Origin: Azolla caroliniana
Taxonomy: Eukaryota > Plantae > Polypodiophyta
DNA: 64,000 bases
Assembly: GCA_043228905.1 (NCBI GenBank)
Contig: JBHGNT010000008.1
Span: 19,840,001-19,904,000, forward strand
Reading direction: 5' to 3'
A program made the position numbers and the translations under genes. This document shows, piece by piece, positions 24,932 through 39,000 of the stretch; positions within the stretch are counted from its first letter, which is position 1, and every line of letters starts with the position of its first letter. The notes under the pieces were generated by a model. That model was given only the letters and a program-made list of their open reading frames with translations. It made no database searches and was not told the DNA's origin.

Positions 24932-25615
24932 CCCCTCCGCAAAATGTAGCTGCTTTTTAATGCAACTAACTACCTGTTCTTGACGGGAGTATTGTTCCTT
25001 TAATGTGGCCGAGAAATTTACCGATTAATTATTCCTTAATGAGGAAGATACAACAACAAGAAACAAGAATCTTTAACTTACTTGTAGCTTGTCCAAATTG
25101 TAATCTACAATAGTATTTACACCTAGAAGGTCCAAGTGTCGAGGAATACGCGGAATAGTCTCCAGCACCTACCGAAGAGTGAATCACTTTGTACAGTCGA
25201 ACACAGAAGAAATGAAGAATGGAGGTAAGTGCACAAACAGAAAGAAAAAAAAAGAGAATACACAGGATATTAACGTGGAAAACCCTGTGAGGGAAAAACC
25301 ACGGGAGTCCACAGACTCCAAACTATCACTATATCACAATGATTACAACAGTGAGCTCATGGAGGCAACAACCTTGTGCTCACGATCTTCGCCATAGGCG
25401 GCGGTTACAACAAAGGCAACGACCTCTCTATATCTCGAGCTCACTCTCACTCTCTCTCTCTATACACGGTTGCTCTCTCACAATCGCGACAACGACAATA
25501 ACAACCTTTTTCTTTGACTAAGTTTGCCATAAGTCATATTTATACTAGAATGACTTTTCGGCTATTTACAAATATAGCCCCGATGGACTCTCATAAACAT
25601 ATTTATGAATATGTC

Positions 25616-25806
25616 CCATTCATCCGGTGAGCACTCCTCACTGGGCCTGCATCATCCGACGCTTGCCAGGAACTCATCATCCGGTTCTCACCGGGTCTTC
25701 CTTTTTCGGGTACTCCTCATCCGGTTCTCACCGGGTCTTCCGTTTCCGGGTACTCCTCATCCGGTTCTCACCGGGTCTTCCTTGCCGGGTACTCCACATC
25801 CGGTTT
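25616..25806. repeat. ~40-bp tandem repeat inside copia LTR
   Basis: catccggttctcaccgggtcttcc.ttt.cgggtactcct x3 plus degenerate copies. Confidence 0.9.
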
Positions 25807-25887
25807 CAGCCTCGGACTTGTTTGCTCATCAATATTGTTCTTCTCACTTCCCATCCGGAGGGACCTGTTTCCTAACAAACTCCCCCT

Positions 25888-28800
25888 TCACTCCGGCATG
25901 GGATGTCTTACTAGTCCGACCCGCTTCCGACATGCATTCAGCTTGTCAGGTGTCAGTACTTTGGTGAGCATATATGACCCGTTCTCGGCCGTGTGGATCT
26001 TTGTCAGCGCGAACTCCTGGTCATCTACTCTTTCCCGGATCCAGTGATACCTACGTTGGATATGCTTCGTCCGGGAATGGTAGGCCGCATTCTTAGCAAG
26101 CTGGATGGCACTTTGACTGTCACAATAGAGCCGATATTCATCTTGCCGGATACCGAGCTCTCCGATGAAGTCCTTCATCCATAATATTTCCTTGCTGGCT
26201 TCCACAGCCGCCATGTACTCCGCCTCCGTGGTTGACAACGCAACCGTCTTCTGCAGCCTCGACTGCCACGAAACAGCTCCCCCTGCATATGTCATTATAT
26301 ACCCGGATTTAGACCGGCTGGTATCCACATCAGCCGACATGTCTGAATCGGTAAAACCGTCAAGTTGAGGTTTACCGGGGCCAAATCGGAAACACATGTT
26401 CGAAGTGCCTTTTAAGTACCGGAGTATCCATTTGACTGCGTTCCAGTGCTCCTTGCCGGGATTGCTCATAAACCGGCTCACCACTCCGACTCCGTATCCT
26501 ATATCCGGTCGGGTACACACCATTGCATACATTAAATTCCCGACGGCAGAGGCATATGGAACCTTTATCATATCCGCCTTCTCTGCTTTCATCTTCGGGC
26601 TTTGCTTACCGGATAACCTGCAGTTTGCCGGAAGTGTCGATCCGACCGGTTTCGCATACAACATGTTGAACCGCTGAAGCACCTTTGTCACGTACTTCTC
26701 CTGTGACAACCACAATTGTTTCATTGACCGGTTCCGGATAATATACATCCCCAACATCTGTCTTGTCGGACCCAAGTCTTTCATTGAGAAGGTCCGGTTG
26801 AGAGCCTTCTTCAGCATCCGTATTTTGGCTTGGTCTTGTCCGACAATCAACATGTCGTCCACGTACAGAAGGAGTATCAGGCAGTCACCTCCTTCGAACT
26901 TCTTCACAAACACTCAGTGATCGGCCTGCGTCTTGTCGTACCCTTGATCGTTCATGAAGGACTCGAACTTCCGGTACCATTGTCGAGGAGCCTGCTTTAG
27001 TCCGTACAGGCTCTTCTTCAACCGGCAAACCAATTGCTCCTTCCCTTTCTCCACAAATCCTTCCGGTTGCTGCATGTAGATATCCTTTTCGAGGTCACCG
27101 TGAAGGAATGTCGTCTTCATGTCCAGCTGCTCTACCTCGAGGTTCATGCTTGCCGCTATACTTAGCACCGTCCAGATGGAGGTCATCTTTACTACCGGGG
27201 CAAATATCTCGTCGAAGTTCACACCCTTCTTCTGCTGGAACCCCTTCTCCACGATCCTAGCTTTGTATCTCGGGGGGTTGCCGACATCTCCCGGTTTCAA
27301 CTTGTACACCCACTTGTTTCGGAGTGCCCGCTTTCCTTTCGGCAACTCCACCAATTCATACGTATGGTTCTCTTCAGGGAATCCATCTCATCTTGCATGG
27401 CATTTAACCATTTTCGGCAATAGGTGTCATCCTTCGCTTCTTCGAAGCTTTCTGGCTCCCCCTCAACAGTTAGCAGCACATGCTCTACATCCGGAAATCT
27501 CTCAGGGGCCCTTCTCTCTCTGAGAGGATATCTCCGTCTTTGGGCTTCGGTAACCGGCTCCTCCATTTGCTCTTCATCCGAATCCGATTCGGGGTCTTGG
27601 CCGGTTCCGGTTTCAGCTTCCTCTACTTCTTCTTCTGCCGGTTCGGTATCCTCACCGTAACCGGCTGGTTCCTCGAGTGCTAACCGGTCTCTTGCCGGTT
27701 GGGTCTGCTCATCGTAGAATCAATCCTTACCGGTCGACTCAGAGTTCATTATCTTCTTCTCCGCCTCCCAGTCGGTGAGCGTCTTGTCCTCCATGAAGAT
27801 AATATCTCGACTCCGGAATACCTTCTTGTCGACTAAGTCCCACACTCGATAGCCGAACTCATCGTCGCCGTAACCGAGGAATATGCATGGCCGGGTCTTC
27901 GGATCTAGTTTTCCTCTCCGGTCCTTAGCTACATGCACATACGCAAGACACCCGAATACCTTCAGATGCCGGTAGGACACTTCCTTACCGGTCCAGACTC
28001 TCTGTGGCATGTCTCTGTCCAAGGGTACTGAGGGTGATCTATTTATCACATATGTTGCTATCGACAGTGCCTCAGCCCAAAACTTCTTGGGTAGTTTTGC
28101 ATGCGCCAACATACTCCGGACCCTTTCCATTATGGTCCGGTTCATCCTCTCGGCCAACCCGTTTAGTTCCGGCGTCCTCGGCACGGTAAAGTCAAGCCGG
28201 ATTCCCTTCGAGCGACAATACTCCTCTAACTGCCCCCGGTATTCACCTCCGTTATCTGCTCGAACCGCCTTCAGCTTCCGGCCGGTTTCTCTTTCCACTC
28301 TCACGTGGATCTCTTTGAAGACGGATAACACCTGATCCTTTGTCTTCAACGGTGTGGCCCACAACATCTGGCTGTGATCATCTATGAACGTCACGAAGTA
28401 CTGCGATCCGGCTAGTGACTTCGTGTCCACTTGACATACATCAGTATGCACCAACTCCAGTGGTGCAGTACGTCTCATCGGTGGCCTCGATTGGAAGGAG
28501 GTCCGGTTTTGTTTACCGGCCAGAAAATCAGTGCACTTCTCCAACTGCACATTCTTCACTAGAATAAGGTTGTCATCTGCAAGCCTCTTCATCCCCTTCT
28601 CACTCATGTGACACAGCCTCTTGTGCCACAACTCACCGGCAGTGTCGGATGCTACGTTCACTTCTTACGAGCATAACTGGGCATTCATCAGGTACAACGT
28701 GTTTACCTTCCGGGCCTGAGCCACAATCAGACTCCCTTTGCTGAACTTCATAACACCGTTCCGGATGCTACCCGTGTAGCCTTCATCATCTAGCCGACCG

Positions 28801-29935
28801 GCTGATATCAAGTTCAGACGAACCTCCGGAACGTGTCGGACATCCTTCAGCAGCAGCTTGCATCCGGTTGGTGTTGTCAACCACACGTCTCCTATGCTGA
28901 CAATTCGGCATGTACCTTCATTCCCCATCCGGACACAGCCGTGATCACCGGCTGTGTAGGATGAGAAGTATTTCCGGTCCGGGGTAAGGTGGAACGACGC
29001 TCCGGAGTCGACCACCCAAGTCATCTCGTCGCCGGCAAGGTTTAGCTCACTCTCCTTGGTGATGAGCATCAAATCTTCTTCACTTACCGCGATTGCCGTC
29101 CTTGCCTTCTGGTCCGGCCCCCTCCGGTCTTTACTGTTTCGGTCCGGTATCCGCTTCAAATCGGTACCATCGGTTTCCTTGTCTTTTCGGAAGTGCCGAC
29201 AGTTCTTCTGGAAGTGTCTCGACTTGCCGCAATAGAAGCAGGTAGGCCTCCCCCTTGACTTTGACCATGTCCCCGACTTCTCCCGGTTCTGGGGACTACG
29301 GTTCCTTTGTCTTCCGCGTTCCGATTCGGTAAGGAGCGCTTTGGAGTCGGAGCTCGTATCCTTATCTTTCCGACACGCCTCCTCATCTAGCAAGCTCGAC
29401 TTCACTCTTGTTAGGGATAACCGTTTCCCTTCTGGCCCGGCGTTGCCCAAAGTGACAACCAACGTCTCCCAGCTATCCGGGAGGGAACCGAGCAGGAGTA
29501 GTGCTAGTACCTCATCAGCGAGAGGTACTTCCAATGATGTTGCCTGGTGTATCAGCCCCTTGAAGGTATTCATGTGCTCCGCCATGCTGGAGCCATCTTG
29601 ATACCGGAGTCTTACTAGCTTCCAGGAATACCGAAACCTGGTTAACAACATTTTTGTTCTGAAACATAATGTCGATCTTCTCCCAGAGCTCATGAGCCTT
29701 GCTCTCTTCATTGAAGTTGTTGTAAAGGCTCATGTCGATGAAGCACCGTATGTACGCCGTTGTCTTCATGTGCATGACCTCCCATATCGTGGCGTCAATT
29801 TTGTCTGGTCGCTTGTCCCTGAACTGAACCGGCAACCAAAGATCTTTAACCACGAGCATGTCCCTAATCTTCGACTTCCACACGGAATAGTTGGAGCCGG
29901 TGAGCTTGAACATGCCTCCCAATGATTCGTCCATT
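25888..29935 (-). pseudogene. Copia gag-PR-INT-RT-RNaseH polyprotein with a few stops and frameshifts
   Basis: CFYCGKSRHFQKNC; WVVDSGASFH; HKRLCHMSE; ADNGGEY; LKKSLYGLKQAPRQW; LLYVDDML; RTKHI. Confidence 0.95.
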
Positions 29936-30338
29936 TTCTGTGTCGCTGTGTCATTTCGCTCTGATACCACTTTGTCGAGGAATACGCGGAATAGTCTCCA
30001 ACACCTACCGAAGAGTGAATCACTTTGTACAGTCGAACACAGAAGAAATGAAGAATGGAGGTAAGTGCACAAACAGAAAGAAAATAAAAGAGAATACACA
30101 GGATATTAACGTGGAAAACCTTGAGAGGGAAAAACCACGGGAGTCCACAGAATCCAAACTATCACTATATCACAATGATTACAACAGTGAGCTCATGGAG
30201 GCAACGACCTCGTGCTCATGATCTTCGCCACAGGCGGCGGTCAGAACAAAGGCAACGACCTCTCTATATCTCGAGCTCACTCTCACTCTCTCTCTCTGTA
30301 CACAGCTGCTCTCTCGCAATCGCGGCAACGACAATAAC

Positions 30339-30521
30339 TGTTAGGAAACAGGTCCCTCCGGATGGAAAGTGAGAAGAACAGTACTGATGAGTAAACATGT
30401 TGGTGTGTGTGCCATGTGAAAATGGACATGTTAAGGCTTGGAGTGAATGCAATGCATACTTATTCTAAAGGTTTAGGGTTTGGGGTTTAGGGTTTAGGGT
30501 TTAGGCTTGGAGTGAAACAGG
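30339..30521. other. Rearrangement junction with filler DNA and interstitial telomeric repeats
   Basis: Inverted 59-nt copy of the copia LTR end (30339-30397); about 5 TTTAGGG units at 30472-30505; re-copied aggcttggagtga and gaaacaggtccc patches. Confidence 0.8.
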
Positions 30522-30898
30522 TCCCTTCGCTCAGGGGTGGTCGGGTGGATCGGCACCCTTTTTTCTCTCTCTCCTTTCTATCTATCTATCTATATTCTAT
30601 CCTTATCTAATGCTTACATTAGTTCATGTCTCTAACAGTTGGTTTCAGATCCTATGTTCTAATGTTTCTTTTGTTGTCTTTTGTTTTGTTGATTGATGGT
30701 GATTGATCGATGTGTGGTTGGCCTTGATCCAGACAATTATCAACAAAGGAACTTTGGTAACTCTTTCCTTATTTTATTTTTTTCTATTTTTTCTTCTCCC
30801 ATCTAATCATGTGTATAGTCTATATGTAATTGTTTTCATTAATTTAATGATGTTGTAGTGGTAATTAACTAGTTGTATAAAACGTTTACATATGTGCA

Positions 30899-31146
30899 TG
30901 AGGTCAATACCTCATTTGACATATATGGAATATGTGATTAGTGTCGTATGCTCACGAGGTTAATACCTCAATTGCATATTACGCTCACATACATATGTTA
31001 CGTATGCGTATGAGGTCAATACCTCGATTTCGTTGTAAATGATATGTGTTTGGTCTTCTATGCGTAAGAGGTCAATACCTCAATTGCGTATCACGATGAA
31101 CCCTTATTTTTGGATGTTTTGTGTGCGTAGAGGGAATATGCCTCGA
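30899..31146. repeat. ~57-bp degenerate tandem repeat with GAGG-N6-CCTC hairpin cores in chromovirus 5' leader
   Basis: gaggt(c/t)aatacctc at ~30900, 30956, 31012, 31068; degenerate copy at ~31130. Confidence 0.75.
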
Positions 31147-34100
31147 TTATGTATCTCGATTACATAATTTCTGGCTATTTGATGTAATGATTTGTTTAAT
31201 GTATGCATATGTGGTCCCGTGTATACGTATTTGATCATATATATGTGATAAGTAAACATATGTGTATATTTGATATTACGTGATTTCTATCGAATGTTGT
31301 CCTTGTCGGGAAAAGGATCTTGGTGGCCGTCCTCACATTTTTGTGAAAATGGCATTTTCACCATCCCTTTTTCAACAATTATTTGTTGACATATTGGTCA
31401 CTTCAATATTTCGTTACATAATGAAACAATCATAGCCACAATCTAGGTGTTGAGTACGTAGGGCTTAACCCACTTCATGTGAGGCCGCTCTTATGACACA
31501 CATATCCAACATCCCTCCCTCGTTACATGGATACGATGCCACCATGAGATCATTCTTACAAGAGGCATTCATAATGACGTAACCATGTGATGGGCCACGT
31601 GGGCCTACTACGAAAAGAGGGCTCATTTGGCTTGACCATTAGATTGCACTTTGGCGTACGCCATCGTAATTACGAGACTTGAGGTTAGGTAACGTACCAA
31701 CAAAGTTTGTAGTAAACGAGGGGGAAATAAGGACTCTTAATATATATGTTTCTTTTAAAAAAACATATATGGGCAAATGCCTCGCATATCTCTTATACGC
31801 ATGAAACATTAAACATTCAAGAAGAGCAACCTACTTGGTTCGCTCAAGTGTTTAATGCATTTGTTCTCGAGGTCTCGAGTTCAAATATGACCAAGACCAT
31901 ACAACATCGTTGATACATATGACTATAACACAACATAGTTTACTGTTAACATTGTTTTCGTGTATAAACTATTCATGATGTGAACATACATGGTTGAGCC
32001 TCAGGGAGCCGCCATGTAAAAATCGATAGAGAGATCAGGGAAAGACATTCATTTGTCACCCCCATGGTTTTTAAAACACCTTTGTGTTACCATAGTAACC
32101 TGATCTTTAACCTCATCTCATACGTCTAGAGGGGTATTAACGTGAGATCATGATATCGATTAATGTTTGCCCATGACATGTTTACATCACGACATGATGT
32201 TATGACTATTTGTCTGACCTTATCCTATTCCTTTGCCAGAAATAATCATTTAATGGCTCAAAATAACGACCTGATGTCATCCACCTAAGCGGAAGGAACT
32301 CAAGGAAATCCTCATGGATAAATGTCCATTGAGATGTATTTTTCGCAAATAACCCAATACCTTAGTTTCACCACTCAACAGATGACCGAACTTCGGCAAT
32401 CTAAAAGTGCTCTTGAGGCATGTGTCATTAGTTTACAACGTGAGACTAATAGACTTGATGAGCGATAGGGTGAACCATCGTTTGTCGTTAAGCCATTTAC
32501 GGGAGAAAAAAAGGAAAGAACCGAAGAAGCAATCTACACATGGCTGGGCCGATGGGAGTCTCATTTTGAGCTCTATCCCACGCTAGATAGTACGAAGATT
32601 GCATATGTTGGCCGAGAACTAGGGGGTAAGGCCGCCGCCTAGTGGCGTGGGCTCCGAACTTTGGGGAAATTGCCCGATACCTGGACAGATTTTTTCATAG
32701 TTTTTTAAGGGCCAATTTCTGCAACCTCCCTCTCGAACCGAGATAACTCAAGCTTTAATGAACCTCTCTAGCAGGAAATTTTCTTCGCTAGAAGACTATG
32801 TCCACCATGCTATAACCCAAATCCAAAAATCGGGTCTAGAAGGGGAGAATTGGTTAATAACTTGTTTTGTCAATGGCATCCCCAATTCGGACTATCACTG
32901 GATAGTGCAAAATCCTTCGAAGAGGCCATTGAAATAGTTCTTCGCTACCAACACACTTCAAAGAAGGACCACAACAAACCCAACAAAGCGCCCGGGACTA
33001 AGCAGTTGCAATTCACTAGGAAACGCAAGACACCCAACGAATTCATGGATTGCGATTGTAAGCGACAACATCCTTTTTGCGTATTTTGCAAAAAGAAGGG
33101 ACATACAAAAGAGCAATGTCGAAAGCTCGAATGGAAAGAGTACGACAGCAAAGCAAAAGCTGCAGACCATAAAGGTCAAATTCCTAATGTCCTTGAGGTC
33201 TATACACATCATTTAAGTAATTATCAATGTTCTTTCCCTCACTATGTATTGGGTCCCAATGATTTACTACGTGCAAACGGGTATATCAATGGATCTCCCG
33301 TACAATTTTTGTTTGATTCGGGAAGCTCACACAACTTTGTGAATGATCGTTTGGTTCAGATATGGGGGATCCAACCCACCGTAAGTGATCACACCTATAC
33401 GGTGCACTTGGCTAATGGAAGAGTACAATACATCAACGGGGCGATTCATTCATTAGGAATTTCTATTGATACTTATATAGAGGAAGTAGACTTCCATGTA
33501 ATGAATCTTTGTACCACTGATGTAATACTGGGTTATCCCTGGTTTTATAATAAATACTCAGCTTTATCCATTGATTGGGTTCATCATTCAATAACATTTG
33601 TACTGAACGATTGTACTCATTTTATTCAATGTGTAAAAAAACAATCCCTCTCGATTGTTTCCTCTCCATCAATATCCGAGTTGTCTTGTTCTACATTATT
33701 TTATTATGTACTTGATCCCGACATTCACATTTACAATATCGATAATGTCTCGGTTCAATTAACATATTTTGAACAACAACTTGATGAAACCTTAAATGAT
33801 TTTCGTGATGTTTTTCCGAGTGAACTACCAGATGGGTTACCTCCTAAACGTAATATAGACCATCGTATAGATATTGTACCTAGCGTTGCACCAATAAGTA
33901 TACCTCCTTATTGCTTAAGTCGATCCGAAGAGGATGAGGTTTCTAAGCAACTCAAGGACTATTTACGAATGGGTTATATACGTTATAGTAAATCTCCATG
34001 GGGTGCACCAGTTCTCTTGGTTAAAAAGAAAGAGGGCACATGGCGTATGTGTATTAATTACCGACACTTGAATAAAGTGACAATCAAGAATTCATATCCA

Positions 34101-36007
34101 TTGCCCCGGGTTGACGATCTAATTGACTGTCTCTAGGGAGCTCAGTATTTTACGAAACTGATCTCCGTACTCACTACCATCAAATTCGTATAAGTGAGGA
34201 TGATGTTCCTAAAACGGTATTTCGTACACGCTATGGCCATTATGAATTTTTGGTTATGCCTTTTGGTTTGACCAATGCTCCGGCTACATTTCAACAAGAA
34301 ATGAATGACATTTTCCAAGAACAACTTGGAAAGTTTGTCATTATTTTCCTGGATGATATTTTAGTTTATAGCCGTACATTACAAGAACATGCTAAACATG
34401 TCTGCTTTGTTTTACAAACATTGCATGACAAACAGTTTCATGCGAAGATTTCAAAATGTGAGTTCTTGAAGAAATCAATTACTTATCTTGGACATCGCAT
34501 AACCGAACGAGGAGTTGAAATTGATTCTTCTCGCATCGAGAAAATCAAGCTTTGGCCCACTCTTCGGAATATTCGAGAAGTTCGATTATTCCTTGGTTTT
34601 TTTGAGTTTTTGAGAAAATCCCTTCGTAATTACTTCCAATTGACAACGCCATTTACTAATATTCTAAAAGGTCAGACTCGTAAGTCTACAAAACCTATTT
34701 CCTGGAATGCTACACTAGACCTCGCCTTTAAGGAACTCAAGGACCTGGTATGCAAGGCTCCTTCACTTCTTTTACGTGATCCTTCAAAACCTTTTGAGGT
34801 TGAAATTGATGCAAGCGAATATGCTATAGGTGCTATCTTATATCAAGATGGTAAACCAATAGCATTTGAGAGCAAGAAACTTGATTCTAGTCAATGTCGG
34901 TATACCATTCAAGAAAAGGAATTATTTGCAGTTATACATGCGCTCAAAACATGGCGCCATTATCTTTATGGAAATCGCTTTGTGGTAACTACGGACCACG
35001 AGTCCTTGAAATATTTTTGTGACCAACAAGACCTAAAAGGTCGTATGGCATGATGGGTTGATCTCATCCAGGACTTTGATTTTTCCATATGATATCGTAA
35101 AGGTTCCATGAACACTGTCGCTGATGCACTAAGTCACATCCGTGAAGTTAACATGCTTAACTTCACTGAAATAACATCAGATCTTTATGATCACCTTCGA
35201 GGAAAGTATCCTGATTACAGTTATTTTGCGAAATACTGGGCAAGAGTTGAGTCTGGAACAGACACCACCACATCCTCGAAGGAATACTTCCACATTGCTA
35301 ACGGTCTACTCTACTGTAATGGGAATGTTTGTGTTCCAGATTTACCCGAGGTCAAAAAGAGGATTCTTTTTTAATGCCATGATGCACCCTCAACAGGGCA
35401 CCCTAGAATACATCGCACAGTCGTTCTCATCTCCACTCAATTCTATTGGCCTAAGATGCACTGACATACATAACTATGTGACTAAATGTCACCAATGTGA
35501 GGTTAACAAAGCCGAGCGACTTAAAGTTGCAAGACTTTTACATCCCTTGAACATTCCCAATAATAAGTGGGAAAGTATATCCATGGATTTTATTGTTGAT
35601 AAACTAACTAAAATGGCCAGATTTATTGCTACTAAAACCACAGTAACAGCTCTTGAATTGGCTTACCAATTCGTTGACGAGTTATTTCGTTTTTATGGGT
35701 TACCGATGGATATCGTGCGTGATCGAGATCCAAAGTTTACTAGTGACTTCTAGACGCAAGTCTTTAAGAAGTAAGAAACTACATTGAGCATGAGCTCCAC
35801 GGATCATCCTCAATCCAATGGACAGACAGAACAAGTAAATCAAATTATTGAGGACATGCTTCGATCATACGTTGGTGCAAAACCAACAAAATGGGAATGT
35901 TATCTCCCAATTTTGGAGTTTTCTTATAACAGATCCAAGCATACGTCGACGGGATATAGTACTTGTATGTTGATGTATGGTTTTCAGCCACGAGCCCCGA
36001 TTGATGT

Positions 36008-36052
36008 TGTAAACGTAAGTGTTTGTGGAAGCATAAAATAGAGAACAACACA

Positions 36053-36091
<39 letters not shown>

Positions 36092-39000
36092 CAGAACGTA
36101 ATTTCCAAAATTATATCAAGACTCTACATTTACACACTGTGCTAAGTAGCACTATTTATACAAGTCCTCTTGGGACTGGCAGAAGTACCATGTACTTCAA
36201 TGCTCACACGAGCATCTGACACTTACTACGAGACTATAGATACCTAGTAGTCTATCCTATTCTAGGCTTCCGATTGGACTGCCGGTTACAGATTGCACCC
36301 GGCCTCCACTGCTTGCCGGTTCGGTTGCTCACCGTCATACCGATCCGTTTCGCCCGATCCGTCTCGCTTACCGGCTCCGGCTTATTCAGCCGATCCGGCT
36401 CCGGTTGAGCTTGCCGCTCAACACTCCCCCTCAAGCTCAACCTGAGGTGGGGTCGTAGTGTCGACTTCTAAGGCAGTCGTTTCTTTCAACCGACTTCTCC
36501 TGGTGTCACTCCGCCTTGCTCGTGCTCCTCGTCCGGTCCGGTCCCGTTTGCCGTGACCCCTTTGGTTCTGCGCGCCTCGACCCTCTCGGTCGGCATGTCT
36601 GCTCAATAGGCCCATCTCAGCAGTCACGTTGTTGTGACTCCAGCGCTTGCCTATCCGTTGGTTTTCCCACGATGGCATCGACTTCCGCTGTGTCCGTGTC
36701 CCCTTGGCCTTCAGTCGATTCGACTCATCCGGATCCATCTGTTGATCCGAGTTAGCTGTCTCCGACTCGTTCCAGCTCTTGTCCAAATCGGTACACTCCG
36801 ATTCGACTTCCGGCTTCAGGCCTCTCACCACATCGGACCACTTCTGTGTCTTGGCCTTCTCCATGCTTCCCTCGGCTTCTTCAGCCAGTGAACCGAAATC
36901 GAATTCTTCATTCGACTCCGCATCATGGTCAGTACCGTCGTGATGACCTCCGCACAGCATGCACTTCTCTTCCTGAGTGCACAACTCTTCTTCACAGCCG
37001 CTTGCTTCGACCTGTTCGGATGTGTCGACTTCCTTCGCCGACTCGGCTTCCTTTATCTTCTTGTCTCCTCTTCTTCCGGCTCTCCTCTTACCGACAGGTT
37101 CAACAGTTTGTTGGCCTTTGCCCGTTTCGGTAGAGACTTTGCCCTTGCTTCTCCCCCTCAAGTGCGGCACGTCGAGATGCTGAATACCAAGCATGTCGGT
37201 AAAGTGCTGCAACTTGTCCGATCCGATCAGCTTGGTGAAGATGTCGGCAACTTGCCGATCCGTATGAACATACCGTAGGTCAACTTCACCGCTCACGCAC
37301 GAAGTGGTAGTGCACCTCGATGTGCTTTGTGCGAGCATGGAACACGGGGTTCCCGGCGAGCTGCTAGCTGCTCATGTTATCGTAGTAAATCGGGATCGGG
37401 GTCGGTACCTCGATCCGCAAGTCTCACAGCAGTCACCGAAGCCAGATGGCTTCACAAGTGGCAACGGTAGCGGCCCGGTAATCAGCCTTAGTGCTTGACA
37501 AAGCCACTGTGGGTTGCTTCTTGCTGCTCCACGCAACGGCCGCGCTACCTATGGAGAACATGTATCCGAAAGTGGAGCGGCGATCAGAGGCATCGCCGGC
37601 CCAGTCAGCATTTGTGTAACCGACAAGCTCTTCGGGTATACCTCGCCGGTATAGCAGTCCCCGGTCCTTAGTGCCGCTGACATACCATAATATTCGTTGC
37701 GCGCACTGAAGGTGCTCCACGATCGGCTTCTGCATGAACTAGCTTACCATGCCGACCGGATAACTGATGTCGGCTCGGGTGATGGTTAAGTAGATCAGGC
37801 TTCCGACAGCCTGTCGGAACCGTTTCTCCTTGCAGGCCGGTCCGGAGTTGGGACGGAGCTTCTGGTTCCGGTCCAGGGGTGTGGAGACAGGTCGGCACTC
37901 CGTCATGCCGAACTTATACAACATATTCAACACGTAATGTCGTTGTGAGAGCAATATGCCGTCGGGGATCCGGATCACTTCGATCCCAAGAAAATAATGA
38001 AGGTCCCCCGGGTCCTTCATTTCGAATGCGTCCGACAACTGGGACTTGACGCGGTTGATTTCGGGAAGACCCGGTCCGGTGATGACTAAATCATCCACAT
38101 ACAAGAGTATACATACCGGACCGTCAAAGCCTTGCCGGATGAACAACGAAGAGTCCGACTTAGAGACAGCAAACCCCAGCTTACACAACCGGTGCGTGAT
38201 CTTCGCGTTCCAAGCTCGGGGGACTTGCTTCAAGCCGTAAAGCGACTTCTTTAGTCGGCATACCGCCGACTTGTTCATCTCCGAGTGAAATCCGAGGGGC
38301 TGAGTCATAAAGACTTCTTCTTCAAGCTCTCCTTGAAGGAAGGCGTTCTTCACATCCATCTGGTGAAGATGCCACCCCCTTGCCGCAGCAACCGCTAGTA
38401 CCACACGAACCGTCGTCATCTTCGCCACAGGAGCGAAGGTCTCGTCGTAGTCGATTCCGTGGGTCTGCGCGTATCCCTTTGCCACTAACCGGGCTTTGTA
38501 CCGGTTAACAGAACCGTCGGCGTTGTACTTGACCTTGTACACCCACTTGCATCCGATCGGTCTACACTGACGGGGAGGATCAACTAGGTCCCAAGTTTCG
38601 TTGGCATCGAGTGCCCGCATTTCTTCGTCCATAGCGGCACGCCAATTTGCGTCCTTTGCCGCTTCTGCGTAGCTCTCCGGCTCACGCACTTCTGTCACCT
38701 TAGTCATGTACGCATAATGATGCGCCATGTATTCATTGTACCCGTACCGCATGACGGGATCCTTCTGGCGGGTTGATCGGCGCAACGCACCGTCACCTGA
38801 TTTAAGGCCCTTCTTGGCCAGTTCGGTCTTCGTTGCCGAAGATCTGCCTTTCTCCTTTTCGGAGTCGGATACGCACCGATCCGACTCATCGTTGCTGGTT
38901 TCGAATTCTGGCATCTTCCTCTACTCTTTCTCTTTGCGCGTGAACCGTTTTCTCGATTCCTTGCGCGGGGAGAGCACGGCAGAGTCTCCACTACTTGCCG

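Larger units (their letters stand above)
25137..30338 (-). mobile_element. Tnt1-like Ty1/copia retrotransposon, 5' LTR truncated
   Basis: 3' LTR 25137-25877; PPT (agggggagtt on minus) at 25878-25887; Met-i PBS (tggtatcagagcg) at 29957-29969; 5' LTR 29973-30338 breaks off. Confidence 0.95.

Noticed and set aside
30339-30397. Hammerhead ribozyme (GAAAC..GTC..CTGATGA)
   Set aside because: Stems I and III cannot be formed, and the other LTR copy has TTGATGA.
30472-30505. True telomere or chromosome-fusion site
   Set aside because: Only about 5 units, in one orientation, embedded in filler DNA.
30899-31146. CRISPR-like phased hairpins
   Set aside because: The 14-nt cores are too short and the linkers resemble each other; this is a degenerate tandem repeat.
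31830-31895. tRNA-derived SINE remnant (gctcaagtg..gagttcaaat)
   Set aside because: Box matches are weak, with no cloverleaf, tail or TSD.
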